A DNA stretch of 64,000 nucleotides, from assembly GCA_965222375.1 (NCBI GenBank), contig CBDCTZ010000016.1, positions 2,080,001 to 2,144,000 on the forward strand. The letters are read 5' to 3'. Positions 48,133-57,835 of this stretch are shown here, one piece after another (position 1 is the stretch's first letter; every line of letters starts with the position of its first letter). The translations under genes and the position numbers were made by a program. Source of the DNA: Polyangiaceae bacterium. GTDB lineage: Bacteria; Myxococcota_A; Polyangia; Polyangiales; Polyangiaceae. The notes under the pieces are model-generated. The model saw only the letters and a program-made list of their open reading frames with translations. It was not told the origin of the DNA and did no database searches.

Positions 48133-50607
48133 TCAACCACCCGCTGTCGCGGGCTTCGCTTCGGTCGTGCGTGCGGCGGTGAGCGCGAGGACGGCCGGAA
48201 GCGCCCAGATTGCCGTGAGCAGACAGGTGAGTTCGCCCGCGGTGGCGAGCACGCCGAAAGAAAAGAGTGCCTGGTTTTGCGCGACCAAGAGTGAACCAAA
48301 GCCGATGATGGTCGTTGCCGAGCACAAGGCGACGGCGCCGCCGGTTTTTGATAGCGCCGTGCCGAGCCCACCTGCGCCTTCCGCCTGGAAGCGCTTGAGC
48401 ATGTTGATCGAGTAGTCGGCGGCAATGCCGAAAGTGATCGGAAGAGCGACGAAGTTGGAGAAATTCAACTTCTGGCCCGCCCAGGCAACCGCGCCGAGCA
48501 TCAACAATACTCCGGCCGACAGAGACAATACGGCGAGCAGCGAGAGCTTGAGGGAGCGAAATGCGAGGATCCCAATCAGCAGCACGAAGGCCAGGGAGAG
48601 CGCCGTCGCGCGAGGCCCGTCGGACTTCATGGCTCGGGCGATGTCGCTGGAGAGCAACAGCGAGCCCGCGATGTCCGCGTCCTTGCTCTCGCTGGCGGCT
48701 GCGGCGCGTACGTCTCTGGCGAAGGCGTCGATACGATTGGCATCCCAAGTGCCGCTGCCGAGTTTCGGGTACACCAGCACGTTGCGGTCCATGCGCCCGT
48801 CGTGTTCGCGCAGTCCCATCACCAGCGTGTCCGGCACCTGATCCGCTTTCAGGGCAACAAGCGCGCTGTCTTTCAAAGCACCATCGACGAGCTCGCGGTC
48901 TTCTGGTTTCAATTCGGAGAGCAACTTGGGCGTCAAGACGGCCTTCAGTGCCTTGGCCTCCTGCACCGCTTTTTTTCGACTGTCGGGTAGGGCTGTCCGT
49001 GCGCTGCGCACGCTGGCAATCAGTCCGCCGGCGCCCCCGTCGTTCTTCAGCGCGATCAGCTTGTTCTCGATCTTGCGCGCGGCCTCGGCGTTTGGCGCCA
49101 TCACGACGGTAGGCGTCAGGTAACGGCCCAAGGTCTTGTCCATACGAGCGCCCCAGTAGCGCTCACCGCTTTCCCAGGAGTCCCGCCTGCGCAGTTTGGA
49201 AAAATCGTGCTCCATCCAGTCGTGGGTTCGCGTGCTCAGCCCAACTCCGGCGCCCACGGCGAGCAACACCGTGCTGGCGACCACGAGCTTGGGCACTCGC
49301 ACGACCCAGGCCGAGAAGCTGCGCGTCGCTTCCTTGCCTGCGGTTCGCGCTAGCTTGCCACCCCAATACGAGAGCAACGGTGGCATCAAGATGAACGTGA
49401 CGGCCCAACACGACAGCATTCCGAACAGTCCGATCCACCCGAACTGGTTGAAGCCGCGGAAGTCCGTGAGAATCAACGAGCCATAAGCGGTTCCTGCGGC
49501 GAGGGCCGCCGCCAGGGTGGGTCGCCAGGTTCCCTGCACCGCTCGATGTATAGCGGCTTCGAGCTCTTGTCCGGCACGGCGCTCTTCCCGAAAGCGCGCC
49601 AGCAGGATGATCCCGCTGTTGATTCCATTGCCAATGACGATGGAGCCCAAGAAGGCCGTGTTGGAATTCAGGTAGGTCACGGACCAAGGCGGCAGCGCCG
49701 CAACGGCAAATGCAGTCACGGTTCCGATCAGAAGAGGAATGCCGAGTAGGGGGAGTGCGCGGGCACTTCGGAAGTAGAGCAAGATCACGCCGATGACGAA
49801 GAGCAACACCAACGCGCCGGATAGCCCCAGGTCCGCCGCCAGGCCGTCCATCTCTTCCACCCGCGTGGCTACGTCGCCCGCGAACCCAATTCGCATGTTT
49901 GCGGCGTACTTTTCCGGGAAGCCCAGGTCGGCGACGTCGGCCTGAACGCGCGAGAGCAACGCTTTGTCGTTGCCGTAGCCCGTCGATTGGGAGCTGGCCT
50001 GCACCAACAGCACGACGGTCTGGCCATCCTCGGCGACGAAGCGGTCGTTCGGGAAGACCTTGGGTTTACCGTGTTTTTTCTCGTATTTGTCGCGCAGCTT
50101 CTTGATCGGCAGTTCTGGTGGAGGGTCCTCGTCCTCCTCCAGCAGGTCCATATCCATCGCGCGCGTGACCTGATAGTCCCGTTGCTTTTCCACGGCGACC
50201 TTCAGTTCGCGAATGTCCGCTGGTTCCACGAGCTGCAGTGCGTAGGTTTCGGCGAACTTGCGTTCTTGTTTGACGTCCACGCGCACGGCGCCCACTAGCT
50301 CTTTGGGGTACGCCTCAATCCGCTTGGCGAGATCGTCGACGAAGCGATTGGCGGCGTCGACGTTCTTGGGATCTGCCGTATCTACGACCACCCCGAGATG
50401 GCGAATGCCTGGCAAGCGGGAACGCAGAGTCTTGAGGGATTTGACGCTGGGTGCGCTCTCTGGAAGCAGCTGCTCCAGGTCGCTCCGAAGATCTGCGTAG
50501 GTCATTGCCGTGCGGCCCGCGGCGACTACGGCGGCTACTAGGGATAGCGCTAACACGGCGCGGCGGCGGCGCACGAGCCAAGCGCTGAATTGCCCGAAGC
50601 GCGTCAC
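48133..50607 (-). CDS. MMPL/RND family lipid transporter
   Basis: Two repeats of TM + large loop + 5 TM. GNGINSGI...RFREE and GIAADYSI...RF. Confidence 0.92.
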   Translation of the reverse strand: MTRFGQFSAWLVRRRRAVLALSLVAAVVAAGRTAMTYADLRSDLEQLLPESAPSVKSLKTLRSRLPGIRHLGVVVDTADPKNVDAANRFVDDLAKRIEAYPKELVGAVRVDVKQERKFAETYALQLVEPADIRELKVAVEKQRDYQVTRAMDMDLLEEDEDPPPELPIKKLRDKYEKKHGKPKVFPNDRFVAEDGQTVVLLVQASSQSTGYGNDKALLSRVQADVADLGFPEKYAANMRIGFAGDVATRVEEMDGLAADLGLSGALVLLFVIGVILLYFRSARALPLLGIPLLIGTVTAFAVAALPPWSVTYLNSNTAFLGSIVIGNGINSGIILLARFREERRAGQELEAAIHRAVQGTWRPTLAAALAAGTAYGSLILTDFRGFNQFGWIGLFGMLSCWAVTFILMPPLLSYWGGKLARTAGKEATRSFSAWVVRVPKLVVASTVLLAVGAGVGLSTRTHDWMEHDFSKLRRRDSWESGERYWGARMDKTLGRYLTPTVVMAPNAEAARKIENKLIALKNDGGAGGLIASVRSARTALPDSRKKAVQEAKALKAVLTPKLLSELKPEDRELVDGALKDSALVALKADQVPDTLVMGLREHDGRMDRNVLVYPKLGSGTWDANRIDAFARDVRAAAASESKDADIAGSLLLSSDIARAMKSDGPRATALSLAFVLLIGILAFRSLKLSLLAVLSLSAGVLLMLGAVAWAGQKLNFSNFVALPITFGIAADYSINMLKRFQAEGAGGLGTALSKTGGAVALCSATTIIGFGSLLVAQNQALFSFGVLATAGELTCLLTAIWALPAVLALTAARTTEAKPATAGG

Positions 50608-50616
50608 GGGTCCTGC

Positions 50617-51573
50617 TCACTCAGCCGTCGCGAGCGCCCTGCCGCTCGTCGGCGTAGCTCTCGGCGTTGCGTCGACCCATAGGCCGATGCGCACCAGGAT
50701 GCGGCGCGCCGCGATCACCGCAATGACAGCGACGATCCAGCCCGCGATGGCGTCCACGATCCAGTGATGATCGAGATACACCGCCGCGGAGAACATCAGG
50801 ATGGTGTAGGCGATGTGAATCGGGCGGGTCCGCCAACCCGCAGCTTTCCACGCGGTCAGCAATCCGAGCAGCGGGTAGGCGCAGTGCATGGAGGGCATCG
50901 CACCGTAGACCGAAGCGGCGCGGGAGTAGAAGCGCTGGAAGTAGTCCATGCCAAATAGCGCATCAACCCGAAGCAGCGCGGCAGCGCTAGGTTGTGCGGC
51001 CATATCGATGGTGCAGCCTGCTTCACGCAAGTACCAGGGTGGTGCTGCGGGAACGATCAGCCACATCGCGAAGGACATGAAGTTCGCCAACATGAAGGCC
51101 CACAGGTAGTGCCGCATGCGCTTGCGGTCGACGAAGAAGAGATAGCCCGCGTAGGCAATCGCCACGTAGGCGAAGATGGCGTAGGGCACCGAAAACAGCA
51201 CATCCAGTGCCGGCGTGTTGTGAATGGCGAAATAGTCCTGAAAAGTGACGCCCGGGCCAGCTGGGAAGAGCGCCAGCTCGAAGTCTCGCAAGCCACAGCC
51301 CCACACTCGCTCGGGTGTCAGTACGGCAACTCGCGCATAGCGGACCAAGTCGTAGCCGAAGGCGACCGCAAGATAGGGCACGGCGTCGAGGAAGAAGCGC
51401 TTCGTCTTCTCGGACGTGTAGGCGAGCGCGCCAGCGATCAGCGGGATGATGACGTGCTCCGGTCGCAAGTCCTCTACCGCGTACATGACGACCGCGTAGA
51501 GCAGAGGGATCCCACCCGGCAGTAGCCAGTACACGCCCCAGAGCCTGCTGAGGTGCGCAGCGACGGCGGTCAT
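50617..51573 (-). CDS. PAP2-family inositol-phosphorylceramide-synthase-like (Aur1-like) phosphotransferase
   Basis: PAAPPWY, YGAMPSMH and YLDHHWIVD catalytic motifs. Multiple TM segments. Confidence 0.85.
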   Translation of the reverse strand: MTAVAAHLSRLWGVYWLLPGGIPLLYAVVMYAVEDLRPEHVIIPLIAGALAYTSEKTKRFFLDAVPYLAVAFGYDLVRYARVAVLTPERVWGCGLRDFELALFPAGPGVTFQDYFAIHNTPALDVLFSVPYAIFAYVAIAYAGYLFFVDRKRMRHYLWAFMLANFMSFAMWLIVPAAPPWYLREAGCTIDMAAQPSAAALLRVDALFGMDYFQRFYSRAASVYGAMPSMHCAYPLLGLLTAWKAAGWRTRPIHIAYTILMFSAAVYLDHHWIVDAIAGWIVAVIAVIAARRILVRIGLWVDATPRATPTSGRALATAE

Positions 51574-51657
51574 CTGAGCCCTCCACGCACATTGGCCAGC
51601 GTGAGTTGGCAGCGCGCTGGGCAGTTGAAGTCGGCGCCCATCGAGCACCCTTTCGTG

Positions 51658-52350
51658 TCAGTCCGCTTGGGGCTCGTCGCCGCTCAAGGCGTGTCGCGCA
51701 GCAGAAAGCGCCACGATGGCGCCCACTGCGTTCAGAACGCCCAGGGTGCCGACCCCCAAGAGCATCAAGGCGTGGGGGACCGCAGTTCCGAATTCGACGG
51801 CTCCGAGGGCTAAACACAAGATCAGCAGTACCGTTCGCTCAGCTCGTCGCATGAACAGCGCTGGCAGGCGCGCGCCAAGAGCCTCGGTGCGGGCACGGAC
51901 GTAGCTCACTCCAAAGCCCAGCACCATCGTGGTGATCGGCACGAGAGCCCAACGATCGTGACCAAGATATAGGGCGGCCACACCCATCAGTGGAAACGCG
52001 TCAGCAAAACGGTCGACCGTGGAGTCCAACAACGCACCCCATCGGGTCGTCGTGTCAGTTGCGCGCGCGACGATCCCATCCAACGCATCGAAGAGCCCGC
52101 TGACGAGCACCAAGCCCGCTGCCGCCCACACGTGCCCGGTCGCCACAGCAACGCCGGCCGCCGCCGACAACGCGAGAGCGAAGAGGGTGAGCGCGTTCGC
52201 GCTGATGCCGACTTTGCCCAACGCGAGCCCGACGGAACGAATCATCGAGTAGCCAGCGTGAGCTAGCTGCACATCCTGCCAAACGGTTCCGTGTAGCCGC
52301 TGGGCGATTGGGTCAACGGGGACGGTGTCTGAATCCGTGAGCAATTGCAT
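51658..52350 (-). CDS. CDP-alcohol phosphatidyltransferase (PI/PIP-synthase-like)
   Basis: ANALT, DALDGIVAR....T.WGALLDSTVDRFAD, SYVRAR.E, RAER. Confidence 0.92.
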   Translation of the reverse strand: MQLLTDSDTVPVDPIAQRLHGTVWQDVQLAHAGYSMIRSVGLALGKVGISANALTLFALALSAAAGVAVATGHVWAAAGLVLVSGLFDALDGIVARATDTTTRWGALLDSTVDRFADAFPLMGVAALYLGHDRWALVPITTMVLGFGVSYVRARTEALGARLPALFMRRAERTVLLILCLALGAVEFGTAVPHALMLLGVGTLGVLNAVGAIVALSAARHALSGDEPQAD

Positions 52351-52622
52351 GAGCTTGCCGTGGCCCTAGAGGAGTCGAACCACTTACTTGAGTAAGGTCG
52401 TTATAAGCCGCCGCAACCCCCCGGTTGCAGTTCGTTGCATAGCGTACGGAGCTCCAAATGGGCCAGTTTTGTCGAGGACTCCAGGACATGTGTCCATGCG
52501 TCCGAGAGGGCGCCAGGGTGTGAATATTCTGCAACAAAACCGGCCCCAACGCCGGTTTTCGAGCACCGTCGGGAGACCTTGCTGGGTCCTGTATTAGGTC
52601 ACACAGTCTCGGTGTCGAGGCC

Positions 52623-53204
52623 ATGAGCGAACTTCTGCAAACTTGGGGTGAGCGCGCTCGCGGGGCGCTGCCACGCGCGCTTGGCCAGCCCGACACGGCT
52701 CCGATTTCCGAACGCTTGGCCTGGCTTGCAGTGACGGTCGGTGTGTTCGCCCTGGCGGTGGTCATCGCGCGCCGTAGGGCTCAGCCGGCTGCCTCGGCTT
52801 CTCCGTCCAAAGGGGCGTTGCTCGGTCGTGGCGGCGTGGGTCGCAACGCATTCGCCGGTGGTGTTGCAACTGCCACGGATTTCGCCCTTGCTTTCGCTCT
52901 CGTTCAGCTAGCCATTGCGCCTGCGGCTATCGCCACTCTGGCGGGCTGCGCCCTCGGTGCGGTCGTGAACTTCAGCATGAATCGCAAATGGACGTTTGGC
53001 AGCAACGGTCCACCCAGCCGCGAAGCCTGGCGCTACTTGCTGGTCACGACTTCCAGTGCACTGTTCAATGCTGCGCTGGTGCACGTGCTGCTCTTGCCTG
53101 GAGCGCCCTTCGTGCTGTGCTGGCTGGTAGCGCGCGCTGCGGTGTTCCTGGGCTGGAACTACCCGCTGCATCGCGACTACGTTTTCGTCCGCGAACCTGG
53201 TTGA
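52623..53204 (+). CDS. GtrA family membrane protein
   Basis: GGVATATDF, GAVVNFSMNRKWTF, RYLLV, WNYPLHRDYVF. Confidence 0.88.
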   Translation: MSELLQTWGERARGALPRALGQPDTAPISERLAWLAVTVGVFALAVVIARRRAQPAASASPSKGALLGRGGVGRNAFAGGVATATDFALAFALVQLAIAPAAIATLAGCALGAVVNFSMNRKWTFGSNGPPSREAWRYLLVTTSSALFNAALVHVLLLPGAPFVLCWLVARAAVFLGWNYPLHRDYVFVREPG

Positions 53205-53392
53205 CGCGGATCATCGTTGGCTTTTTTGGGGGCGACCTGCCTTGCGCCGTCCGACCAGGCGTGGCGTGGGCTTGGCGTTGGCGCTCCAATTCTCCCCGTT
53301 CTCCTCGGCGCCCGGCCTCGAGAGATTCGATTGCGCGTGACAGACGAAGCTTCGTGCACGAGGATGCCGCCGCTTCTCTTCCGGAGACCCTG

Positions 53393-54802
53393 GTGTCCAA
53401 GCTCAGCCTCGTCGCGCTCAGTGCCCTCTGCCTGCTCGCCCCATCGACCGCGCATGCGTCGGCGGGCAAGGCAGAGCTAGCGCGCAGCCTGCCGATGTGG
53501 AGCGTGGTGCCTTTCGTGGTGCTTCTGTTGTGCATCGCGGTGCTGCCGCTCGCTACGCCGCATTGGTGGGACAAGAACCGCAACAAGGGCATCGTTGCGC
53601 TGGCCTGTGGCATCGCGCCGGGGATCTACTTCGCGGTTCAGGCCCCGGGGATCTTGCTGCACACAGGGCTCGAGTACTTCTCGTTCCTGACTCTGCTTTT
53701 CAGCTTGTTCGTCATCAGTGGCGGGATCTTCATCTCTGGTGACATCCGCGCCACTCCCAAGGTCAATACCCTGTTCTTGCTGATCGGAGCGGTGCTCGCC
53801 AATTTCGTGGGAACGACAGGCGCGGCGATGTTGCTGATACGCCCGCTGTTGCGCACCAACAGCGAGCGCAAGAACATCCGGCACATTCCCGTATTCTTCA
53901 TCTTCGTTGTGGCCAACGTCGGCGGTTGCTTGTTGCCGATCGGGGATCCGCCGCTTTTCCTGGGTTTCCTTCGGGGCGTGCCCTTTTTCTGGACTCTGAG
54001 CCTCGTGGCCCCCTGGGCCATGGCGATTGGTCTGATTCTGGCGGTCTTCTACGTGATGGACTCGATCGCCTATTCCGGCGAGGCCGCCAAAGACCTGGCT
54101 CTCGACTCCGCGCAGATCCATCCGATTCGTCTGCACGGCAAGCGAAGTATTCCGCTGCTGATGGGTGTGGTCGTGGCGGTAGCTACGCTGCCCTCCACTC
54201 ACCTGCCTGCGACCCACTGGTACGGCTACGTACCCTGGCGGGAAGTTGTGATGCTGATCCTGGCAGGGATTTCTCTCGGCGTGGCGCCGGTAACCAAGCA
54301 GGAGCGAGCCGAGGCTCCGAGGCTTAACCCCCGCACGGCGAATCAGTTTTCGTTCCACGCGATCGAGGAGGTGGCCGTGCTCTTTGCCGGCATCTTCGCG
54401 GCAATGATCCCCGCCTTGATGATCTTGGAAGCTCGAGGTGGCGAGTTGCCAGTTCGGGAGCCGTGGCAGTTCTTTTTCGCCACCGGCGTGCTGTCCGGCT
54501 TTCTGGACAACGCACCAACCTATTTGACGTTCCTGGCGCTCGCTCAAGGGCAAGGAGTCGGCGGTCCCGATGCAATAGTGGGCGTTCGCCCCGACGTGCT
54601 GCAGGGGATTTCTCTCGGTGCGGTCTTCATGGGCGCGATGACCTATATCGGCAACGCGCCAAACTTCATGGTCAAGAGCATTTCCGATGGTGCTGGCGTG
54701 AAGTGCCCGAGTTTCGGTGCCTACCTGGTCTGGGCCTGCGTCATCCTGCTGCCGATCTTCGTCGCCGTGAACTTCGTGTTCTTGGGGCTCAAGGCCTTCT
54801 GA
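53393..54802 (+). CDS. Putative sodium:proton antiporter (IT superfamily)
   Basis: Many TM segments. GTTGAAMLLIRPL, ANVGG.L.PIGDPPLFLG, LSGFLDNAPTY, GAMTYIGNAPNFMVK. Confidence 0.88.
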   Translation: MSKLSLVALSALCLLAPSTAHASAGKAELARSLPMWSVVPFVVLLLCIAVLPLATPHWWDKNRNKGIVALACGIAPGIYFAVQAPGILLHTGLEYFSFLTLLFSLFVISGGIFISGDIRATPKVNTLFLLIGAVLANFVGTTGAAMLLIRPLLRTNSERKNIRHIPVFFIFVVANVGGCLLPIGDPPLFLGFLRGVPFFWTLSLVAPWAMAIGLILAVFYVMDSIAYSGEAAKDLALDSAQIHPIRLHGKRSIPLLMGVVVAVATLPSTHLPATHWYGYVPWREVVMLILAGISLGVAPVTKQERAEAPRLNPRTANQFSFHAIEEVAVLFAGIFAAMIPALMILEARGGELPVREPWQFFFATGVLSGFLDNAPTYLTFLALAQGQGVGGPDAIVGVRPDVLQGISLGAVFMGAMTYIGNAPNFMVKSISDGAGVKCPSFGAYLVWACVILLPIFVAVNFVFLGLKAF

Positions 54803-55052
54803 CTGCGCTGCGCCCGCGGCGCTCCTCCTCCGTGCCATGACCGGCCTCAGGGGGGGCCGGGCCCCCTGGCGTGCGCCCTCTGGGCCGCATGTCGAGCCCC
54901 TGCGGGCGGGGTGGGTGCGCGGAATCATCCAGGTTTTTCGTTTCACTGACGATGCCGTCATTGAGAGATCTGCGCGGGCGTTCACGTGGCCAGACCGACC
55001 TCGGCTGGGGGCAAGGTGTCCGCGGGGCATTGGTGCTATTGTTTGCCCCGTC

Positions 55053-56177
55053 ATGAGATTGGGTCGCTGGCTACGTTCGGGTTTCATCACTCTCTCGTTG
55101 GGCTTGCTGGCAGGCAGCGCCCTGCAGTGCTCCGCGGACAGCGGCTCGGGAGGTGGCGGCGGGTTCGGGGCCAAAGGCTCCGGGGGCAACGGCGCCAGCG
55201 CCGCCAACGGCGGAACGTCGGGGGATGCGGGGACCATTCTGATCGATGGTTCTGCGCCGGACTACGGCGCAGATGCCTTCTTCGCAAACGATCCGTTGCC
55301 GCCGGACTGCAGCGACGCGGGCGCGAAACCCATCGTTCCCGGTGGGACGCCCGAGTGTCCCGATGACAAGAACCTGCAGGGCTGCCCGTGCGGCCCCGAG
55401 GGCACGACGGCTCCTTGTTGGCCCGGCAAACGCAAGAACCGCAATCGGGGTCTGTGCAAAGACGGGATGACCACGTGCATCAACACCGGCGAGCTGAACC
55501 TGGCTTGGGGGCCGTGCGAAGGCTTCCAAGGCGTCGCGCCGCCGACCTTCGAGCCGGCACCCGGCGCGACCGGCGCCTCAGCCTGCAAGTGTTTCAGCGG
55601 TGGCTATTGGGATGTCAAGAACACCAGCCCTTGCTTCTACACCCAGGGCGCGACCGTCATTGGCGGCGTCTCCACCATTTTGGATCCCGGCGGCGCTCGT
55701 TGCCCAACCCAGACTGAAATCGACTTCCCCTCCGGCAAAGCACCCGCGCAGCCGTTCTCTCCAAACACGCTGCGGGTGGATTGCAACGGCTACTTCAAGC
55801 TCTGCTTCACGATCAAGGCGCTATCCGCCTCCGGTGCGGCGAAGAATTCCGCTTCTGACTGCGCTGTGACGCAAGTCTGCACCGAGGCCTATTACGGCAT
55901 GGCGGGCAAGGGGCCGAATGGTAGCGATGGCGACCAAGCCATGCCGGACTTGCCGAGTTGGATCACCCAGGGCGCCGCAGAAACAGCCTGTGCCGCGAAG
56001 TTCTACGCCAACGGCGGCTACGGCGAGTTCTCCGTGTCTGGAACGAGCGACGAATGTGACCAGGTCGACAAGATCTTCCAGACCTTCGACTACTGCCCCT
56101 TCAAGTGCAATGACCCGGCGAACAAGAGTTTGCCGGAGTGTGTGAACTGCACGACCGGTAGCGGCGCGCCGTTCTGA
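55053..56177 (+). CDS. Cys-rich hypothetical lipoprotein
   Basis: Lipobox ALQC, Gly linker, about 20 Cys. Confidence 0.8.
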   Translation: MRLGRWLRSGFITLSLGLLAGSALQCSADSGSGGGGGFGAKGSGGNGASAANGGTSGDAGTILIDGSAPDYGADAFFANDPLPPDCSDAGAKPIVPGGTPECPDDKNLQGCPCGPEGTTAPCWPGKRKNRNRGLCKDGMTTCINTGELNLAWGPCEGFQGVAPPTFEPAPGATGASACKCFSGGYWDVKNTSPCFYTQGATVIGGVSTILDPGGARCPTQTEIDFPSGKAPAQPFSPNTLRVDCNGYFKLCFTIKALSASGAAKNSASDCAVTQVCTEAYYGMAGKGPNGSDGDQAMPDLPSWITQGAAETACAAKFYANGGYGEFSVSGTSDECDQVDKIFQTFDYCPFKCNDPANKSLPECVNCTTGSGAPF

Positions 56178-56180
56178 TCG

Positions 56181-57815
56181 TCAGGGCGTGCCGAAGGGCA
56201 TCCAGATGCCCAACGGCAGGTTGCGCTGGGCTTCGGCGACAACGGATCCGTCTCGGAGGATCTGCAGCGCGTCAGGGCGAACCTGCAGCTGACCCGGGCA
56301 GGCAAGCACGCGTGCCAGCTCCACGAGCCAAGCTGGTGCGCCTTTTGGAGTTCCGACCTTGCGCTCGGTGTCGTTGAGGCGCTCTACACGAATGAAGGCG
56401 TCGTCATCGAAGAAGAAAACCGGCGCGGCCAGGCGCTTGCGCAGGTCTTGATAGCTTGTGGGTTCTGCGGCCTCGAGCAAGGTCAAGACTCGGTTGGCAT
56501 CTCGCTCCGCGTGGGCACAGGCGTAGCTGCACGGGAAGAAGGGAATGACTCGCACGCCGCAGTTGTTCAGCGCCCACGGCCACGGACCCTCAGGCGACGT
56601 GCGCAGTGCCGTGGTGTAGCGAGAGCGTGTGTCATCGCCACGGTCGTGCTGGCGTGAAAAGGCCTCCACGCAGCAGCTGGGATAGCCCAAGAGAGAGCCG
56701 ATTGCCCGCAAGTGTGCGTCAGGATCCGGCGCGCTGCGCATGGCGACCAACTGGTGGAGATCTTCTTCGCTCCGCGCGGCCAGCCACAGTTTGCCGCCCT
56801 CATGGGGTAGGGATAGGGAGTGGGGAAATCGGTGCGCTAGTTCTTGCGCTTCGACATCAGGGACCGCCAGGATGACTGCGGGTTTCTGTCCCTCGGTGAA
56901 AGCCATGAGCTCCAGGCGGGATGCACCTGCTGGGTCTTCTAGGTCGTCGACGGCGTCGGCTTGGGCGAGGGTTCCCGACACTTGCCAGGCGCCCGCGGCG
57001 TCGGGCCAGTGGTTCGCCGAGCCGCGCAGGAACTCGAACGCTGATGGCGGCGGAGGAAGCTCGTGCAAGCGGGCCTCCACCTCGTCGATGCCCACAGGCG
57101 GAAGCATGGGGTCCGGAGACTCTATCAACGGTGCTAGCGCAAAGGCGGCGGCAGGGGGCAAGGCGAGCTGTCGCGTCTTCGGCTGGCCGCGCCCATGAAG
57201 AATGCGCACTTCTTGCCCGTTTTCAACTCGCACTTCCACGCTGGATCGAAGTCCACGCGCTCTAATGCGCAGTGCGGAGCCGCCCGCTGACGCTTCCAAA
57301 CACACTTCTTGGAGTGGTGGACTCTCGAGCTGCAGGCGTGCGCGGCTATCGCCTTCGAAGAAAAGGTCGCGAACCGATGCTTCATGGCCGAGGCGCGCGA
57401 GCACGCACATCCCCAAGCGCACGACCTCGCTGAGGTCTTCGCTATGACCGTCCGCGCTGCCCCGCAGCGTGAGGTGCAGCTCGGTTGCCGCGCTCAAGTG
57501 CTTCGCGAGCCAGCCAACTCCGGGCACTGCATCGAAGTCCGGCGCCCGGGAAAAGCCTGCCGGCAGCGAGGCGCCCGCCGGCGCACTGACCACGCCCGTC
57601 GCGCCCAATCCGCTGGCCGTTTCGGCCAGCCAGTGACCCAGGGCGCCACCGATGGCGATGGCAACTTGCGTGCTGGGGGACGCGGCTATCGCGCTCTTGA
57701 TGGCGGCAGGGCTGGCGGCGGCCCGGCGCACTTCCGCGATAGCTGGCGACTGACGAAGAGCTGCGGCCCAGGCATTTGCCCGCTTCGTATCGCCCACGAC
57801 GAGAACCGCACTCAC
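56181..57815 (-). CDS. Fusion of a degenerate Gfo/Idh/MocA-like region and a DUF483-like Cys-motif domain
   Basis: N-terminal AVLVVG Rossmann-like start. C-terminal GQKPAV, GSLLGYPSCCVEAF and PFFPCSYAC. Probable GTG start at 57815. Confidence 0.65.
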   Translation of the reverse strand: MSAVLVVGDTKRANAWAAALRQSPAIAEVRRAAASPAAIKSAIAASPSTQVAIAIGGALGHWLAETASGLGATGVVSAPAGASLPAGFSRAPDFDAVPGVGWLAKHLSAATELHLTLRGSADGHSEDLSEVVRLGMCVLARLGHEASVRDLFFEGDSRARLQLESPPLQEVCLEASAGGSALRIRARGLRSSVEVRVENGQEVRILHGRGQPKTRQLALPPAAAFALAPLIESPDPMLPPVGIDEVEARLHELPPPPSAFEFLRGSANHWPDAAGAWQVSGTLAQADAVDDLEDPAGASRLELMAFTEGQKPAVILAVPDVEAQELAHRFPHSLSLPHEGGKLWLAARSEEDLHQLVAMRSAPDPDAHLRAIGSLLGYPSCCVEAFSRQHDRGDDTRSRYTTALRTSPEGPWPWALNNCGVRVIPFFPCSYACAHAERDANRVLTLLEAAEPTSYQDLRKRLAAPVFFFDDDAFIRVERLNDTERKVGTPKGAPAWLVELARVLACPGQLQVRPDALQILRDGSVVAEAQRNLPLGIWMPFGTP

Positions 57816-57835
57816 GGGAGCAGTATACTCGGCAG
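57816..57835. promoter_or_regulatory. Bidirectional -10 element between divergent GTG starts
   Basis: Palindrome AGTATACT (57822-57829) gives TATACT on both strands, each exactly 6 nt before a GTG (57836 on +, 57815 on -). Confidence 0.6.

Noticed and set aside
53477..55237. Long antisense ORFs (e.g. 53477-55237, 39978-41666, 24141-25706, 11758-12960)
   Set aside because: These are shadow frames of well-supported genes on the opposite strand, expected in high-GC DNA, with no recognisable motifs.
55053..56177. Cys-rich lipoprotein as substrate of the triple radical SAM enzyme
   Set aside because: It is convergent with the partner gene and looks like a generic myxobacterial disulfide-rich lipoprotein. 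Nothing in the sequence links them.
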